This document shows, in pieces, positions 10,442-19,995 of a DNA stretch of 64,000 nt; the first letter of the stretch is position 1, and each line of letters opens with the position of its first letter. Made by a program: the position numbers and the translations under genes. Source of the stretch: an uncultured Tissierellaceae bacterium. Lineage in GTDB: Bacteria > Bacillota > Clostridia > Tissierellales > Tissierellaceae. The notes below the pieces were generated by a model. The model had not been told where the DNA came from. It ran no database searches and was given only the letters and a program-made list of their open reading frames with translations. The stretch spans positions 7,023-71,022 of the forward strand of contig CAZGQG010000004.1 of NCBI GenBank assembly GCA_964527205.1. The letters run 5' to 3'.

Positions 10442-10478
10442 AAGGAAAATAAGTTTCGGCTTATTTTCCTTTTTTGTA
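10442..10478 (+). terminator. Rho-independent terminator of mgtA
   Basis: Stem aaggaaaataag/cttattttcctt followed by TTTTT. Confidence 0.75.
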
Positions 10479-10532
10479 TTCATCCCCTAAGAGGGATATA
10501 ATATACTTATAGATTAAACAAGGAGTGTAAAA

Positions 10533-11978
10533 ATGTATTATTTTAAGAAAACAATAAAAATTATATTTATTCTATATCTTCTATACGCCATCTTTTTTTC
10601 AGTTTTCATCTTTGCCTATCACAAGCCTATTGATAAGAAGGATATAGAGGACAAGCTTTCTAAGCCTCTGGGAGACAGGGAGAGAAATGACCGGGTGGCC
10701 CTTATTGAGTCTCCTGAGAATGCCATTAACATTAGGCTAGATTTAATTGAAAACGCCCATTCCACCATAGACATATCCTACTATAAGTTAGTGGATGGAG
10801 AGGTGGCAGATGTCTTTTTAGGATCTGTCTTGGAGGCAGCGGACCGAGGAGTCCAGGTAAGGATACTATTAGATGGGGTTATTCAACTTAGTAATATGGG
10901 GGGCAAGGTAAATAAGATTTTTTTAGGCTTTGAAAACCACCCTAATATAGACCTAAAGCTCTATGAACCCTTTAATCCACTACTTCCAATATCTTGGAAT
11001 AACAGACTTCACGATAAGCTTATTTTAGTAGATGGTGAATTTGCCCTTACAGGAGGTAGGAACATTGAGGACCGCTTTTATTTAGAAGAAGTCTTTCAAG
11101 ATGGCTTTGTCAAGGATAGGGAGTTGCTTGTCTATAATGACAAGAAAAAAGATGGAGCCTCCACTGTAATAGAAGAAATAAATTCCTATTACAATGAACT
11201 TTGGAATCATTCCTATTCCAAGCCTAAGTATAACTATATGACTAAAAGAAGGATCTCCAAGGGAGAGACCTATCTTGCCCGTTTAAGATTAGAACATGAA
11301 ACTCTAAAAGAAGATTTTTTAGACAGGTATTTTCCTAGTATCAGGCCCATAGACTGGAGAGAAAAGACAATTCCTGCAGATAGGGTACGCTTTATATCAA
11401 ATCCTATAGGAAGAAGCAATCAAGACCCAAGGATATTAAAGGCAATCCTTCAGTTAAGCTCTCAGGTTGAAAATGATATGCTTGTACAAAGTCCCTATAT
11501 AGTACCTTCTAGGAGCATAAATGCAGCCTATAGGGAGTATGATATAGATCCAGAAAAGATAAGACTACTTACCAATTCCTGTGCCTCTAGTCCTAATCTA
11601 CCAGCCTTTGCTGGTTATAAGAGATATAGGGAGGACATGGTAGATCAGGGTCTTACTATCTATGAATATCAGGGGCCAGGATCCATACATGCCAAAACAG
11701 CTATTTTCGACAAGGATATAAGCCTAATTGGTACCTTTAATCTTGATCCAAGAAGTGCCTATCTAAGTACAGAATCAATGATGATAGTTGAAAGCAAGGA
11801 CTTTACCCATATCTTAAAGGAAACCATGCAGAAAAACCTCTTCTATAGCTTAGAAGTAGATGAGGATTATGACTATATTGAATTGGAAGGCCTGCCAGCC
11901 TATGATCTGGCCAGGGCTAAGAGAATATTTATTACTGTCCTATCAAAGATAACACCCCTATTTGAATATTTACTATAA
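10533..11978 (+). CDS. Phospholipase D / cardiolipin-synthase-like protein with an N-terminal membrane anchor
   Basis: 481 aa with two HKD motifs (HDKLILVDGEFALTGGRN and HAKTAIFDKDISLIGTFNLDPRS). Confidence 0.8.
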   Translation: MYYFKKTIKIIFILYLLYAIFFSVFIFAYHKPIDKKDIEDKLSKPLGDRERNDRVALIESPENAINIRLDLIENAHSTIDISYYKLVDGEVADVFLGSVLEAADRGVQVRILLDGVIQLSNMGGKVNKIFLGFENHPNIDLKLYEPFNPLLPISWNNRLHDKLILVDGEFALTGGRNIEDRFYLEEVFQDGFVKDRELLVYNDKKKDGASTVIEEINSYYNELWNHSYSKPKYNYMTKRRISKGETYLARLRLEHETLKEDFLDRYFPSIRPIDWREKTIPADRVRFISNPIGRSNQDPRILKAILQLSSQVENDMLVQSPYIVPSRSINAAYREYDIDPEKIRLLTNSCASSPNLPAFAGYKRYREDMVDQGLTIYEYQGPGSIHAKTAIFDKDISLIGTFNLDPRSAYLSTESMMIVESKDFTHILKETMQKNLFYSLEVDEDYDYIELEGLPAYDLARAKRIFITVLSKITPLFEYLL

Positions 11979-11983
11979 AAAAT

Positions 11984-12015
11984 GCCCTATCCAAATCTGG
12001 ATAGGGCTTATATTT
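11984..12015. terminator. Bidirectional terminator between convergent PLD-like and rubrerythrin genes
   Basis: 10-bp stem gccctatcca/tggatagggc with A/T-tracts on both sides. Confidence 0.65.
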
Positions 12016-12600
12016 TTAGTATGTTTCACAAAATACTTCAAAATGTCCTTGTGGATGATCACAAGCTGGACATACATCTGGTGCTGACTTACCCTTATGT
12101 ATGTAACCACAGTTGTTACATTTCCATTCTACTACTTCATCTTTTTGGAATACTTCATTGTTTTCAATATTTGCCAATAGCTTTTTGTATCTTAGTTCAT
12201 GGCGCTCTTCTGCTTCTGCTATTTCTCTCCATACATATGCTATCTCTGGAAATCCTTCTTCATCAGCTACATCTGCAAATTTAGGATAAAGTACTTCCCA
12301 TTCTAATCTTTCACCCTCTGCTGCTGCTTTTAGGTTTGACTTAGTATCTGCCAATGCTACAGGATATTCTGCATTAATTTCAACAAATTCTCCTTCTAAA
12401 GTCTCACTTAGGAATTTCATAAATCTCTTTGCATGCTCTTTTTCATTTTCAGCTGTCTCTAAGAATATGTTTTGCATTTGAACATATCCTTCTTTTTTTG
12501 CCTGGGATGCATAGTAAGTATACCTAGTTCTTGCTTGGGATTCCCCAGCAAATGATATCATTAGGTTTTCTGCTGTTTTTGTTCCTTTTAAAGATTTCAT
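12016..12600 (-). CDS. rbr: Rubrerythrin
   Basis: Ferritin-like diiron motifs (E..ARTRY, EKEHAKRF, EGERLEW..., EERHELRY) plus a C-terminal rubredoxin CNNCG...CPACD. Start moved to the ATG at 12598-12600, which has GGAGG upstream; the track ORF begins 23 codons earlier. Confidence 0.9.
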   Translation of the reverse strand: MKSLKGTKTAENLMISFAGESQARTRYTYYASQAKKEGYVQMQNIFLETAENEKEHAKRFMKFLSETLEGEFVEINAEYPVALADTKSNLKAAAEGERLEWEVLYPKFADVADEEGFPEIAYVWREIAEAEERHELRYKKLLANIENNEVFQKDEVVEWKCNNCGYIHKGKSAPDVCPACDHPQGHFEVFCETY

Positions 12601-12764
12601 TCTATTACCTCCATTTTTTTGATATATTACTCTACTTTTATTATAGACCATCTTTAAGATTTTTCCCAATTTTCAGATTTTAACTAAGTATAATTGGCAT
12701 TTTCGGCTTATAGTCTTTTAGCTGACTATAAGCCTCTTTAATCTCTTAAATGATCATTAAAGCC

Positions 12765-13595
12765 TTAGTCTAAATCAATTTCTAAAAGAAGTGGAGTATG
12801 GTCTTGTCTTGGTCCAGAGTCTATCATCTCAGACTTACTAACCTTGTCTGCTAGTCTGTCACTAACCAACCAATAGTCAATCCTCCAACCTGAATTGTTA
12901 ATCTTGCTTGTCTTTGCCCTTTGGGCCCACCAACTATAGATGTCTTCTACATCTCCGTGGATATATCTAAAGGTATCTGTAAAGCCTCTATTGAGTAGAT
13001 TTGTGAAGCCTTCCCTCTCTTCATCTGTAAAGCCTGCTGTCCCTCTATTGCTATCTGGATTTGCCAGGTCTATCTCCTTATGGGCCACATTGTAGTCTCC
13101 TGTTGCTATGACTGGCTTTTCCTTGTCTAGCTTGTGAAGGTATTCAGCATACTTTTCATCCCAAATCTGTCTTTCCTCTAATCTTCTAAGTCCTTCTCCT
13201 GCATTGGGAGTATAGACCTGGGTAAGGTAGAATTCTCCAAAGTCCAGGGTGATTATTCTTCCTTCTAAGTCCATAGTATCTGGAGCTCCTAGACTAGGAT
13301 AGGAAACCACTGGAGAGTACTTGTCCTTATATAGGAACATAGTACCTGAATAACTCTTTCTAGCTGGTTCCTCAGAATTTCTCCATACATAGGTGTATCC
13401 TTCAAAATATTCTTCTAAAAGTTTCTTATGCTTCTTTGTTGGCCCATTATAGGGTAGTTTTGTTTCCTGTAGGGCAATTACATCTGCATCCATCTGGACA
13501 ATTGTATCCAGTACTGCTCTTGAAAGTATGGCCCTATTTGAATCACTTGTTAGGGCTGCATTTAATGAATCAATATTCCATGAAATAAGTCTCAA
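12765..13595 (-). CDS. xth: Exodeoxyribonuclease III (AP endonuclease)
   Basis: 276 aa of the EEP fold: MRLISWNIDSLN..., ALQETK, TGDYNVAH, SDHTPLLLEI. Confidence 0.85.
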   Translation of the reverse strand: MRLISWNIDSLNAALTSDSNRAILSRAVLDTIVQMDADVIALQETKLPYNGPTKKHKKLLEEYFEGYTYVWRNSEEPARKSYSGTMFLYKDKYSPVVSYPSLGAPDTMDLEGRIITLDFGEFYLTQVYTPNAGEGLRRLEERQIWDEKYAEYLHKLDKEKPVIATGDYNVAHKEIDLANPDSNRGTAGFTDEEREGFTNLLNRGFTDTFRYIHGDVEDIYSWWAQRAKTSKINNSGWRIDYWLVSDRLADKVSKSEMIDSGPRQDHTPLLLEIDLD

Positions 13596-13709
13596 TTGTT
13601 TCCTCCTTGTGATTTAAAAATTATTTGTGCCTCTTTCTCTATTATACCTAAATACTCTAAGATTAATCATTATAGGTGGAATCATCCTAGAGCATGCTTT
13701 TATTATTTA

Positions 13710-14774
13710 TTAATCAAGCCACTTCAACCTATCATTATCTAGTTTTTCTCTGTATTCCATCATGCTATATTTTTCTAGCATCTCCTTGGCATGGGCTGGG
13801 TTTTCATAATACTCCCTTAAATCCTTCTCTTCCATGGGAAGGCTAAAGGGACAGGAGGCAATGCATATGCCGCAATCTGTTCCAAATTCCTTCCATTTCT
13901 TAAAGCAAAGGGCTTGATTTGTCCTCCAACGCTCTATCCCCTCTAAAGTCTCTGGACCTTCTGGGGATATGGCCTTGGATGGACATAGCTTGGCACATCT
14001 TCCGCAAGCCAGGCAAAAATCCTTAACTTCCAAAGGAGAAGCCTTGCTTTTAACCAGGGGCATATTTGTACTTATGGCTCCTAATCTTATCCTAGAACCA
14101 TATTCCGGTGTTACTAGGAGACCATGCCTGCCAATGTCTCCTAGGCCTGCCTCCTTGGCTGCCAGAGGTAGGAGCATTAGGTAGTTACCATCCATATGAT
14201 TTCTAGCTTCATAGCCTAGAGACCTGATGTAGTAGGCTAGGATCATGCCTATAATAGCTGTATCCAGATACCCCTTGGTCACTTCTATACTTTGTGATAG
14301 GAGAGGTGCTGTATTTATATAGGCTGGATCCATTTCCACTGCAAATACAAAGGTATGGGGATGAACTGGATCAATTTTATCTCCATAAACCTCATCCCTC
14401 CTACCCCTATGACTATAGTAGTAGGCCTCATCTAGTTCTGCAACTCCCATTAAGTCAGCACCATAAAGTCCTGCAAGACCCCTTAGTTTTTTTGTAAATT
14501 CTTCAGGGCTAGCCTGAACTGGATGGTCTGCCTGTCTACCTCCCTCTACCAAGCCCCTTATATCTGATAGGAATTCAAAGGTAGAATCTACAATGGGGGA
14601 GTTAAGGGGATGAAAAAACTTAGCTCCCTCAGCATTCATCTCCCCCATAGCCCTTATCTCATCATCTATTTCCTTATATTCTGGATGTTTCTTATAGTAA
14701 TCTTCATATTCTTTTGTACCCTTTGATCTAGCCATCCTAGAAAACATTATATTTCTTTCATCTATTCTTCCCAT
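13710..14774 (-). CDS. RdhA/QueG-superfamily iron-sulfur protein (reductive-dehalogenase-like, no Tat signal)
   Basis: 354 aa with two ferredoxin-type motifs typical of RdhA/QueG (CLACGRCAKLCP and CGICIASCPF). The N-terminus looks cytoplasmic. Confidence 0.55.
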   Translation of the reverse strand: MGRIDERNIMFSRMARSKGTKEYEDYYKKHPEYKEIDDEIRAMGEMNAEGAKFFHPLNSPIVDSTFEFLSDIRGLVEGGRQADHPVQASPEEFTKKLRGLAGLYGADLMGVAELDEAYYYSHRGRRDEVYGDKIDPVHPHTFVFAVEMDPAYINTAPLLSQSIEVTKGYLDTAIIGMILAYYIRSLGYEARNHMDGNYLMLLPLAAKEAGLGDIGRHGLLVTPEYGSRIRLGAISTNMPLVKSKASPLEVKDFCLACGRCAKLCPSKAISPEGPETLEGIERWRTNQALCFKKWKEFGTDCGICIASCPFSLPMEEKDLREYYENPAHAKEMLEKYSMMEYREKLDNDRLKWLD

Positions 14775-14825
14775 TTAACCATCACTCCTATCTATGCACA
14801 TCTAAGATACTTACAGTGAACTGGA

Positions 14826-16052
14826 TTAGTCTCTTCCCTTATTAGGGTTTTCTCTATAGCCTTCTATAAGTTCTCCATTTTCCATGATAATAGGATCTGC
14901 AGTTGGTTGATTCCATGATATGTCATATCTATTCATAAGATAATCATTTAAATCCCTCTTGCTTGTAAATTTTATAGCCTGGTAGGGCTCTAGGAAGGAT
15001 AATTTTTCAATAAATAAAAACTCTCCATCTTCACTTGGGATTAAAAGACCCATATGTCCAATAAATAGGTAGCCTTCTTCATCATGAAAGTAAACAGAAA
15101 CTATAGATCTATCCTGGGAATTATGGAATTTAATTTCCTTGTTTTCCAGATCCTTCTTTATCTTCTCTACATGCACATCCACATCCTTTGTAAGCTCTGT
15201 AGGGATTCTGGAATAAAAAGTTCTAAATTCTTCCATTTCTTCTTCAGTGAAAATATCCTTAGGATTTTCCCTTAGGGCCATTTCATCAAAGATTAGCCAG
15301 TCTGACCTACTTGTATCTATCTTTCCAATCTCCATAGAATCCTTCATAAGACCATAGGTTACTATCCTACAATTATTTCCTAAAAACAAAGGATGTTTTC
15401 CATCCCATAGGTCGTACATGGATACAATATCATATTCCGGCTTAAGGCCCTCCACAGTATGGAAACCTTCTACTAGGCTTACAGCTTCTATGGCTTCATT
15501 ATAGTAATTAAGCTCTTCAAAAAATAAATCTAAACTTTTCTCTGGAATTCCAGCTGACTCCATAAATTCTCTTACTTGGGTCTGGCTATCCTGATCTAAT
15601 AAATTTGAATAAGTAAGGCTCCCTTTATAGTCCTCTTCTTTATTAATAGAAACTAGCCCTTTTTCCTTGTCCCAAAGAACTTCCCCTCCACTTAGCCTTT
15701 CTATAAGCTGCCTTCCTACTAGGGTCCTTCCCTTAAGGATTCTTGCTGGTCTTTCTAGATCAATTTTTTCCCCATTAAAGTTGGCAAAATCCTCTCCAAT
15801 TCCCAGCTCAAGTTCTCTATCTCCTTTTTTTGCAAGTACCTTTCTAGTCTCCCCATTCCAGGAAAGTTCATAGTCTAAAGCTTCTAAAATAGCTCTTATG
15901 GGTAATAAAATCTCCCCATCTTCTAGGATTGGTCCTAGATCAGTTTGGATTTCCTTATTATTTACTTGTAAAATCATAGGCCCTTCATCTGCCAGGGCAA
16001 GGCTTGTTAGGCTTAATACTAATATTAAAGCTACAGCAATTAATCTTTTCAT
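14826..16052 (-). CDS. Secreted stalk-domain protein with a DUF4300-like C-terminal domain
   Basis: 408 aa with a signal peptide (LILVLSLTSLALA) and a copper-amine-oxidase N-terminal-type repeat (LLPIRAILEALDYELSWNGETRKV). The C-terminal family is a low-confidence recollection. Confidence 0.45.
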   Translation of the reverse strand: MKRLIAVALILVLSLTSLALADEGPMILQVNNKEIQTDLGPILEDGEILLPIRAILEALDYELSWNGETRKVLAKKGDRELELGIGEDFANFNGEKIDLERPARILKGRTLVGRQLIERLSGGEVLWDKEKGLVSINKEEDYKGSLTYSNLLDQDSQTQVREFMESAGIPEKSLDLFFEELNYYNEAIEAVSLVEGFHTVEGLKPEYDIVSMYDLWDGKHPLFLGNNCRIVTYGLMKDSMEIGKIDTSRSDWLIFDEMALRENPKDIFTEEEMEEFRTFYSRIPTELTKDVDVHVEKIKKDLENKEIKFHNSQDRSIVSVYFHDEEGYLFIGHMGLLIPSEDGEFLFIEKLSFLEPYQAIKFTSKRDLNDYLMNRYDISWNQPTADPIIMENGELIEGYRENPNKGRD

Positions 16053-16134
16053 CTTTTTCTCCTCATCTCTTTCTAATTTTACTTCTATAGATATTATAAC
16101 ATCTTCTAGAGAGTCTACAAGTTCTAGTATTTAA

Positions 16135-16173
16135 GCAAAAAAAATATGTAGTCCTTGAATAAGAACTACATAT
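16135..16173 (-). terminator. Rho-independent terminator after wrbA
   Basis: Stem atatgtagt/actacatat with T-tracts on both strands. Confidence 0.6.
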
Positions 16174-16186
16174 CATATTTTTTTAT

Positions 16187-16807
16187 TTATTTAGAGTCAT
16201 TTTCATTTCCAAGTTTTAAAAGTCTAGCAATTTCTAGAGTCCTTCTAGCTTGGTGTTTTACAGCTTCTTCAACATCTTCTACCATACCATCTGCTCCTGC
16301 TGTTACAGATGTACCGTAAGGGTTTCCACCTGCTGCAAATATACTATTGTCTGTATAACCTGGAGCTACTATTATTGCTCCCCAGTGCATCATAGTTGTA
16401 TAGATAGCCTGTATTGTCTGCTCTTGTCCTCCGTGTTGGTTTTGAGCTGAACTCATAGCTGATACTACCTTGTTTACTAATTTACCCTCTGACCATATTC
16501 CACCCTGTAGGTCCATAAATTGCTTGATCTGTGATGCAACATTTCCGAAACGTGTAGGAGCTGAGAATATTATAGCGTCTGCCCATACTAGGTCATCTGA
16601 TGTAGCTACTTTAATATCTTTTTCCTTTTCTTTTTGAGCCTTCCAAGCTGGATTTGCATCTACTACTTCCTGTGGAGCAAGTTCCCCTGCCTTAACAAGT
16701 CTTACTTCAGCACCTGCTTCTTCTGCTGCTTCCTTTGCCCAATTTGCTAATTGAAAGTTAGTTCCTGTCATACTGTAATATACAATTGCTAGTTTTGTGT
16801 TCTTCAT
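16187..16807 (-). CDS. wrbA: NAD(P)H:quinone oxidoreductase, flavodoxin-like (WrbA type IV)
   Basis: 206 aa with the flavodoxin-like start KLAIVYYSMTGTN and a WrbA-like insert. AAAGGAGAG RBS. Confidence 0.8.
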   Translation of the reverse strand: MKNTKLAIVYYSMTGTNFQLANWAKEAAEEAGAEVRLVKAGELAPQEVVDANPAWKAQKEKEKDIKVATSDDLVWADAIIFSAPTRFGNVASQIKQFMDLQGGIWSEGKLVNKVVSAMSSAQNQHGGQEQTIQAIYTTMMHWGAIIVAPGYTDNSIFAAGGNPYGTSVTAGADGMVEDVEEAVKHQARRTLEIARLLKLGNENDSK

Positions 16808-17050
16808 TTTACATATCTCTCCTTTAATTTTAAATAATTTTTATTATTGTCCTTCTCATATTATGATATTTTATATTTACTATTTTTCTCATTCTAACTA
16901 TATATACCCCGTCCCAGTATCTCCAAACATTTATCTATTTTATTTTTTCTTCTTACAATTAAATTTATTATGGATAGGAGATTTTTCTACTTGTTAAATT
17001 CCTTGATTTTAGGGTATATCTTTACTAGAAAGAGATTAGGAGAGGATATA

Positions 17051-17608
17051 ATGCTTAAATTTGGAATAATTGTTGGAAGTTTGAGAAAAGAGTCTTATAA
17101 TATGAAGGTAGCTGAGTACCTTGTCCGCCGCTACAAGGATAAGGCTGATTTTGAAATAGTGGATATAAAGGACTTTCCCCTATTTAATCAGGACTTGGAA
17201 GATGATGTACCTCAGCCAGTCCTAGATGCTAGAAAGAAAATAGATGGAAAAGACGGTGTTATAATTGTTTCACCAGAACACAATCATTCTATTCCTGGAG
17301 TTATGCAAAATGCCCTGGATTGGTTTTCCCGTGATGATTATGTAATGATGAAAAAACCATATCTACTTATGGGAGCATCAGATGGGTCTATTGGTACTGC
17401 AAGAATGCAGGCTCAGATCAAGCAGGTCCTTAGTTCAGGAGCCTTCCAGATGTATAGTCCACCTTACAATCAACTCTTGTTTGCAAGGATTCAGGACAAT
17501 ATGGATGAAGATGGAAATATAACCAATGAAGGCAGCATAAAGAGATTGGACAAGAAAATAGATGATTTTATAGACTTTACAAAAATGATAAAGGAATATA
17601 AAAAATAA
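17051..17608 (+). CDS. NADPH-dependent FMN reductase family protein
   Basis: MLKFGIIVGSLRKESYN...SPEHNHSIPG motif. Start set at ATG 17051, which has AGGAGAGG upstream; the track ORF starts 27 codons earlier with no RBS. Confidence 0.8.
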   Translation: MLKFGIIVGSLRKESYNMKVAEYLVRRYKDKADFEIVDIKDFPLFNQDLEDDVPQPVLDARKKIDGKDGVIIVSPEHNHSIPGVMQNALDWFSRDDYVMMKKPYLLMGASDGSIGTARMQAQIKQVLSSGAFQMYSPPYNQLLFARIQDNMDEDGNITNEGSIKRLDKKIDDFIDFTKMIKEYKK

Positions 17609-17623
17609 AAATTAAAAAATAAA

Positions 17624-17656
17624 AACAAGCAAATTAAATTTTGCTTGTTTTTTTGT
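17624..17656 (+). terminator. Terminator of the FMN reductase gene, overlapping the 3' end of the convergent MATE gene
   Basis: Stem aacaagcaaa/tttgcttgtt followed by T7. Confidence 0.6.
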
Positions 17657-18965
17657 TTGTTTTGTTGAGATAGATTAATCTGGCTCCGTACATAAAAAAC
17701 ATAAAGCACCAGGAAACTATTTCAGAATACACAATAGCTAGATTTCCAAAGGCTGGTCTAAATCCGTAAGAAAGGACAATCCTAACCACTAGGGATAGGA
17801 GCCCATTAATACTTGAATATAGGACTTCTCCCTTTCCCTCTATATAGCCACGCATGGCCATGGACAGGGCAAAGACAAAGTAGAACCAACCTAAATTATA
17901 GAAAAACTCTCCACCAATCTGGGCAGCTTCTTGACCTACTCCAAAGATTTCTATCATAGGTTTCCCAAAAAATACCACAATAGGTGTAAGTATTATAGAA
18001 ACAAATAGGGCAAACTTAAGTCCTATTATCAAGCTTCTCTTGGCCTCTTCTTCCTTGCCCAGGCCAATATTTTGAGAAACTATTATTGAAATCCCTGTTC
18101 CCAGGTTAATAACTGGAAGGAGCAGCATTGTATCTATTCTATAGGCTGTGGTAATGGCTGCAACTGTAGCCGTTCCAAAGCCATTCATAAAGTTCTGTAG
18201 GATTAGGTTTCCAAAGGATGTAATAACAGATTGTACAGTAATAGGTACTGCCAGGCTAGATCCTTTTCTTAGAATATCCCTGTCAAAAACTCCTCCCTTT
18301 AAACTAAAGAAAATCCTATGTTTTTTCTTGGCATAATAGACCATATAAAGAGTCATGATTATTTGTGCAAAAAGAGTTGCTAGGGCAGCACCCTCTGCTC
18401 CCCATCTAAAGCCTACTACCAGTACAATATCTAGGATTACATTGGTAATGGCAGAGACAAGAACTGCATAAAAGGACATCTTGCTGTCTCCAATCCCCCT
18501 TAGGACAGCAGCATAAACATTATATACTGTCATAAAGGGAATTCCCCCTAGAATTATCTGTACATAGATCTTGGCTATAGGGAATATCTCCTCTGGTGTT
18601 TGCAGGGCCAGGAGTATGGTATCTGTGTAATATATGGTTATTAAGCTTATAATAGTCATAATAATTCCTAGGACCAGGGTAAAACTTGAAAGAATCTTGT
18701 TTTGTATGTAGCGGTCCTCATTTCTAATATATCTAGCTGATAGGATGGATATACCTGAGGTAAAGCCCGTTATAGCCATTATAAAAAGGCTGGTAATAAC
18801 ACTGGTAGCCCCTATGGCTGCCAGGGCCAATTCTCCTTCCACATTACCAACTATAAAGGCGTCAGCCCAGTTATAAAGCTGCTGGAGCAAGCCGCTTAAT
18901 ATAAGGGGCATGCTAAATGAAATTAATACTCTTGCAAGTTTAGAATCCAATGACTTTTTATCCAT
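17634..18965 (-). CDS. MATE family efflux transporter
   Basis: 443 aa with 12 predicted TM segments and a MatE-type N-terminus (SMPLILSGLLQQLYNWADAFIVG). Confidence 0.85.
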   Translation of the reverse strand: MDKKSLDSKLARVLISFSMPLILSGLLQQLYNWADAFIVGNVEGELALAAIGATSVITSLFIMAITGFTSGISILSARYIRNEDRYIQNKILSSFTLVLGIIMTIISLITIYYTDTILLALQTPEEIFPIAKIYVQIILGGIPFMTVYNVYAAVLRGIGDSKMSFYAVLVSAITNVILDIVLVVGFRWGAEGAALATLFAQIIMTLYMVYYAKKKHRIFFSLKGGVFDRDILRKGSSLAVPITVQSVITSFGNLILQNFMNGFGTATVAAITTAYRIDTMLLLPVINLGTGISIIVSQNIGLGKEEEAKRSLIIGLKFALFVSIILTPIVVFFGKPMIEIFGVGQEAAQIGGEFFYNLGWFYFVFALSMAMRGYIEGKGEVLYSSINGLLSLVVRIVLSYGFRPAFGNLAIVYSEIVSWCFMFFMYGARLIYLNKTNKKTSKI

Positions 18966-19061
18966 TTTCTATCTCCTAAAAAAATTGCCCTAAGAAACTG
19001 GCAATCTTAAATTTATTATATTTTTCTTCTAGAACAGACTATATTATAACACAATTAATAG

Positions 19062-19110
19062 ATAAAAATCCCCCTTAAGAATTAATTCTTAAGGGGGGAT
19101 TTATTTTTTT
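19062..19110 (-). terminator. Strong terminator closing the 26.6-19.1 kb operon
   Basis: 17-bp stem aatcccccttaagaatt/aattcttaaggggggatt with T-tracts on both strands. Confidence 0.8.
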
Positions 19111-19116
19111 ATAAAT

Positions 19117-19836
19117 TTAAGTATTTGCCTTAACAGTATCAAAATGAAGTTCTCTCATTCCTTCAACCTCATCACATATGGATTTAAGATCACAGCTATT
19201 GCAGTCTAGGTCCATTTCACTTAGGGCATGGTTTAGTGTAAAGGTAATATCATCAACCCTACCAGCATTAGTGATTAGATCTTTAAAGATAGGAAGGTCT
19301 TCACTAATAAAGATAAGCTTGACCCCTTTCACATAGGGATTTTCCTTGTAATTTTTTATAAAGTTATTCCCTACATTTTCAAAGGATATGCCCTCTTTAA
19401 TTGCAGACTTTGAAATCCTAACCTGCTCCCTCCTATCCATGGTAGATGCCCTCATCATATAGCCCTTTATATTTGTATTGTACTTTACAAATTCCAAGTC
19501 CTTAATGGTCTTATAGGCTATATCATCATCTTCTAGATTAGCTATGTGAAGAAGAGCTATCCTAGCAAAGACTGTATCTTCTCTTATTTGATTTAGGTCT
19601 TCACCATATAATAGGATCTCATCTCTTGGAACAAGATCCTGTGAAGTGGTGACAGCTTGGTAACTAACTGCCGCCTTATAGCTTCCTCCCAGTTCAAAGG
19701 CTGAATCACTCTTTAATATAAGTTCGTTTTTCTTACCAGTCTCCCAGATAGAATCCATAGAGACTTCTAAGCTTCTAGGAGTGTAAGCTTCTAGTAAATC
19801 CATTGTATCCCTTATAATGCCTTCATATAGTTCCAT
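19117..19836 (-). CDS. Acetyl-CoA synthase (AcsB/CdhC) middle-domain-like protein with a C-terminal CxxCx5C motif
   Basis: 239 aa. From my recollection of Moorella AcsB, segments align: ILLYGEDLNQI vs IEVIGPDIDQI, and RISKSAIKEGISFENVGNNF vs RVSKDAVAKGFRFKNYGEIL. It ends in LDCNSCDLKSICDE and has no A-cluster domain. Confidence 0.45.
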   Translation of the reverse strand: MELYEGIIRDTMDLLEAYTPRSLEVSMDSIWETGKKNELILKSDSAFELGGSYKAAVSYQAVTTSQDLVPRDEILLYGEDLNQIREDTVFARIALLHIANLEDDDIAYKTIKDLEFVKYNTNIKGYMMRASTMDRREQVRISKSAIKEGISFENVGNNFIKNYKENPYVKGVKLIFISEDLPIFKDLITNAGRVDDITFTLNHALSEMDLDCNSCDLKSICDEVEGMRELHFDTVKANT

Positions 19837-19991
19837 TACAACTTAGGTTCCTTTTCTCTAGCGTCAAATTTCTTTCCTAAGAATGAATATATTACTGAAA
19901 CTAGTTTCATATCAAGATTGAAAAAGTATACTGTAAAAAGCAAGACAAATAAAACTACTAATACAATTAATATTATCCCTAATGCTTTCAT
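19836..19991 (-). CDS. Unannotated 51-aa single-pass membrane peptide
   Basis: Below the ORF-track cutoff. ATG 19989-19991 has GGGAG 8 nt upstream, inside the activator gene's 3' end. Translation: MKALGIILIVLVVLFVLLFTVYFFNLDMKLVSVIYSFLGKKFDAREKEPKL. Its TAA overlaps the next ATG (TAATG at 19834-19838). Confidence 0.55.
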   Translation of the reverse strand: MKALGIILIVLVVLFVLLFTVYFFNLDMKLVSVIYSFLGKKFDAREKEPKL

Positions 19992-19995
19992 ATTA

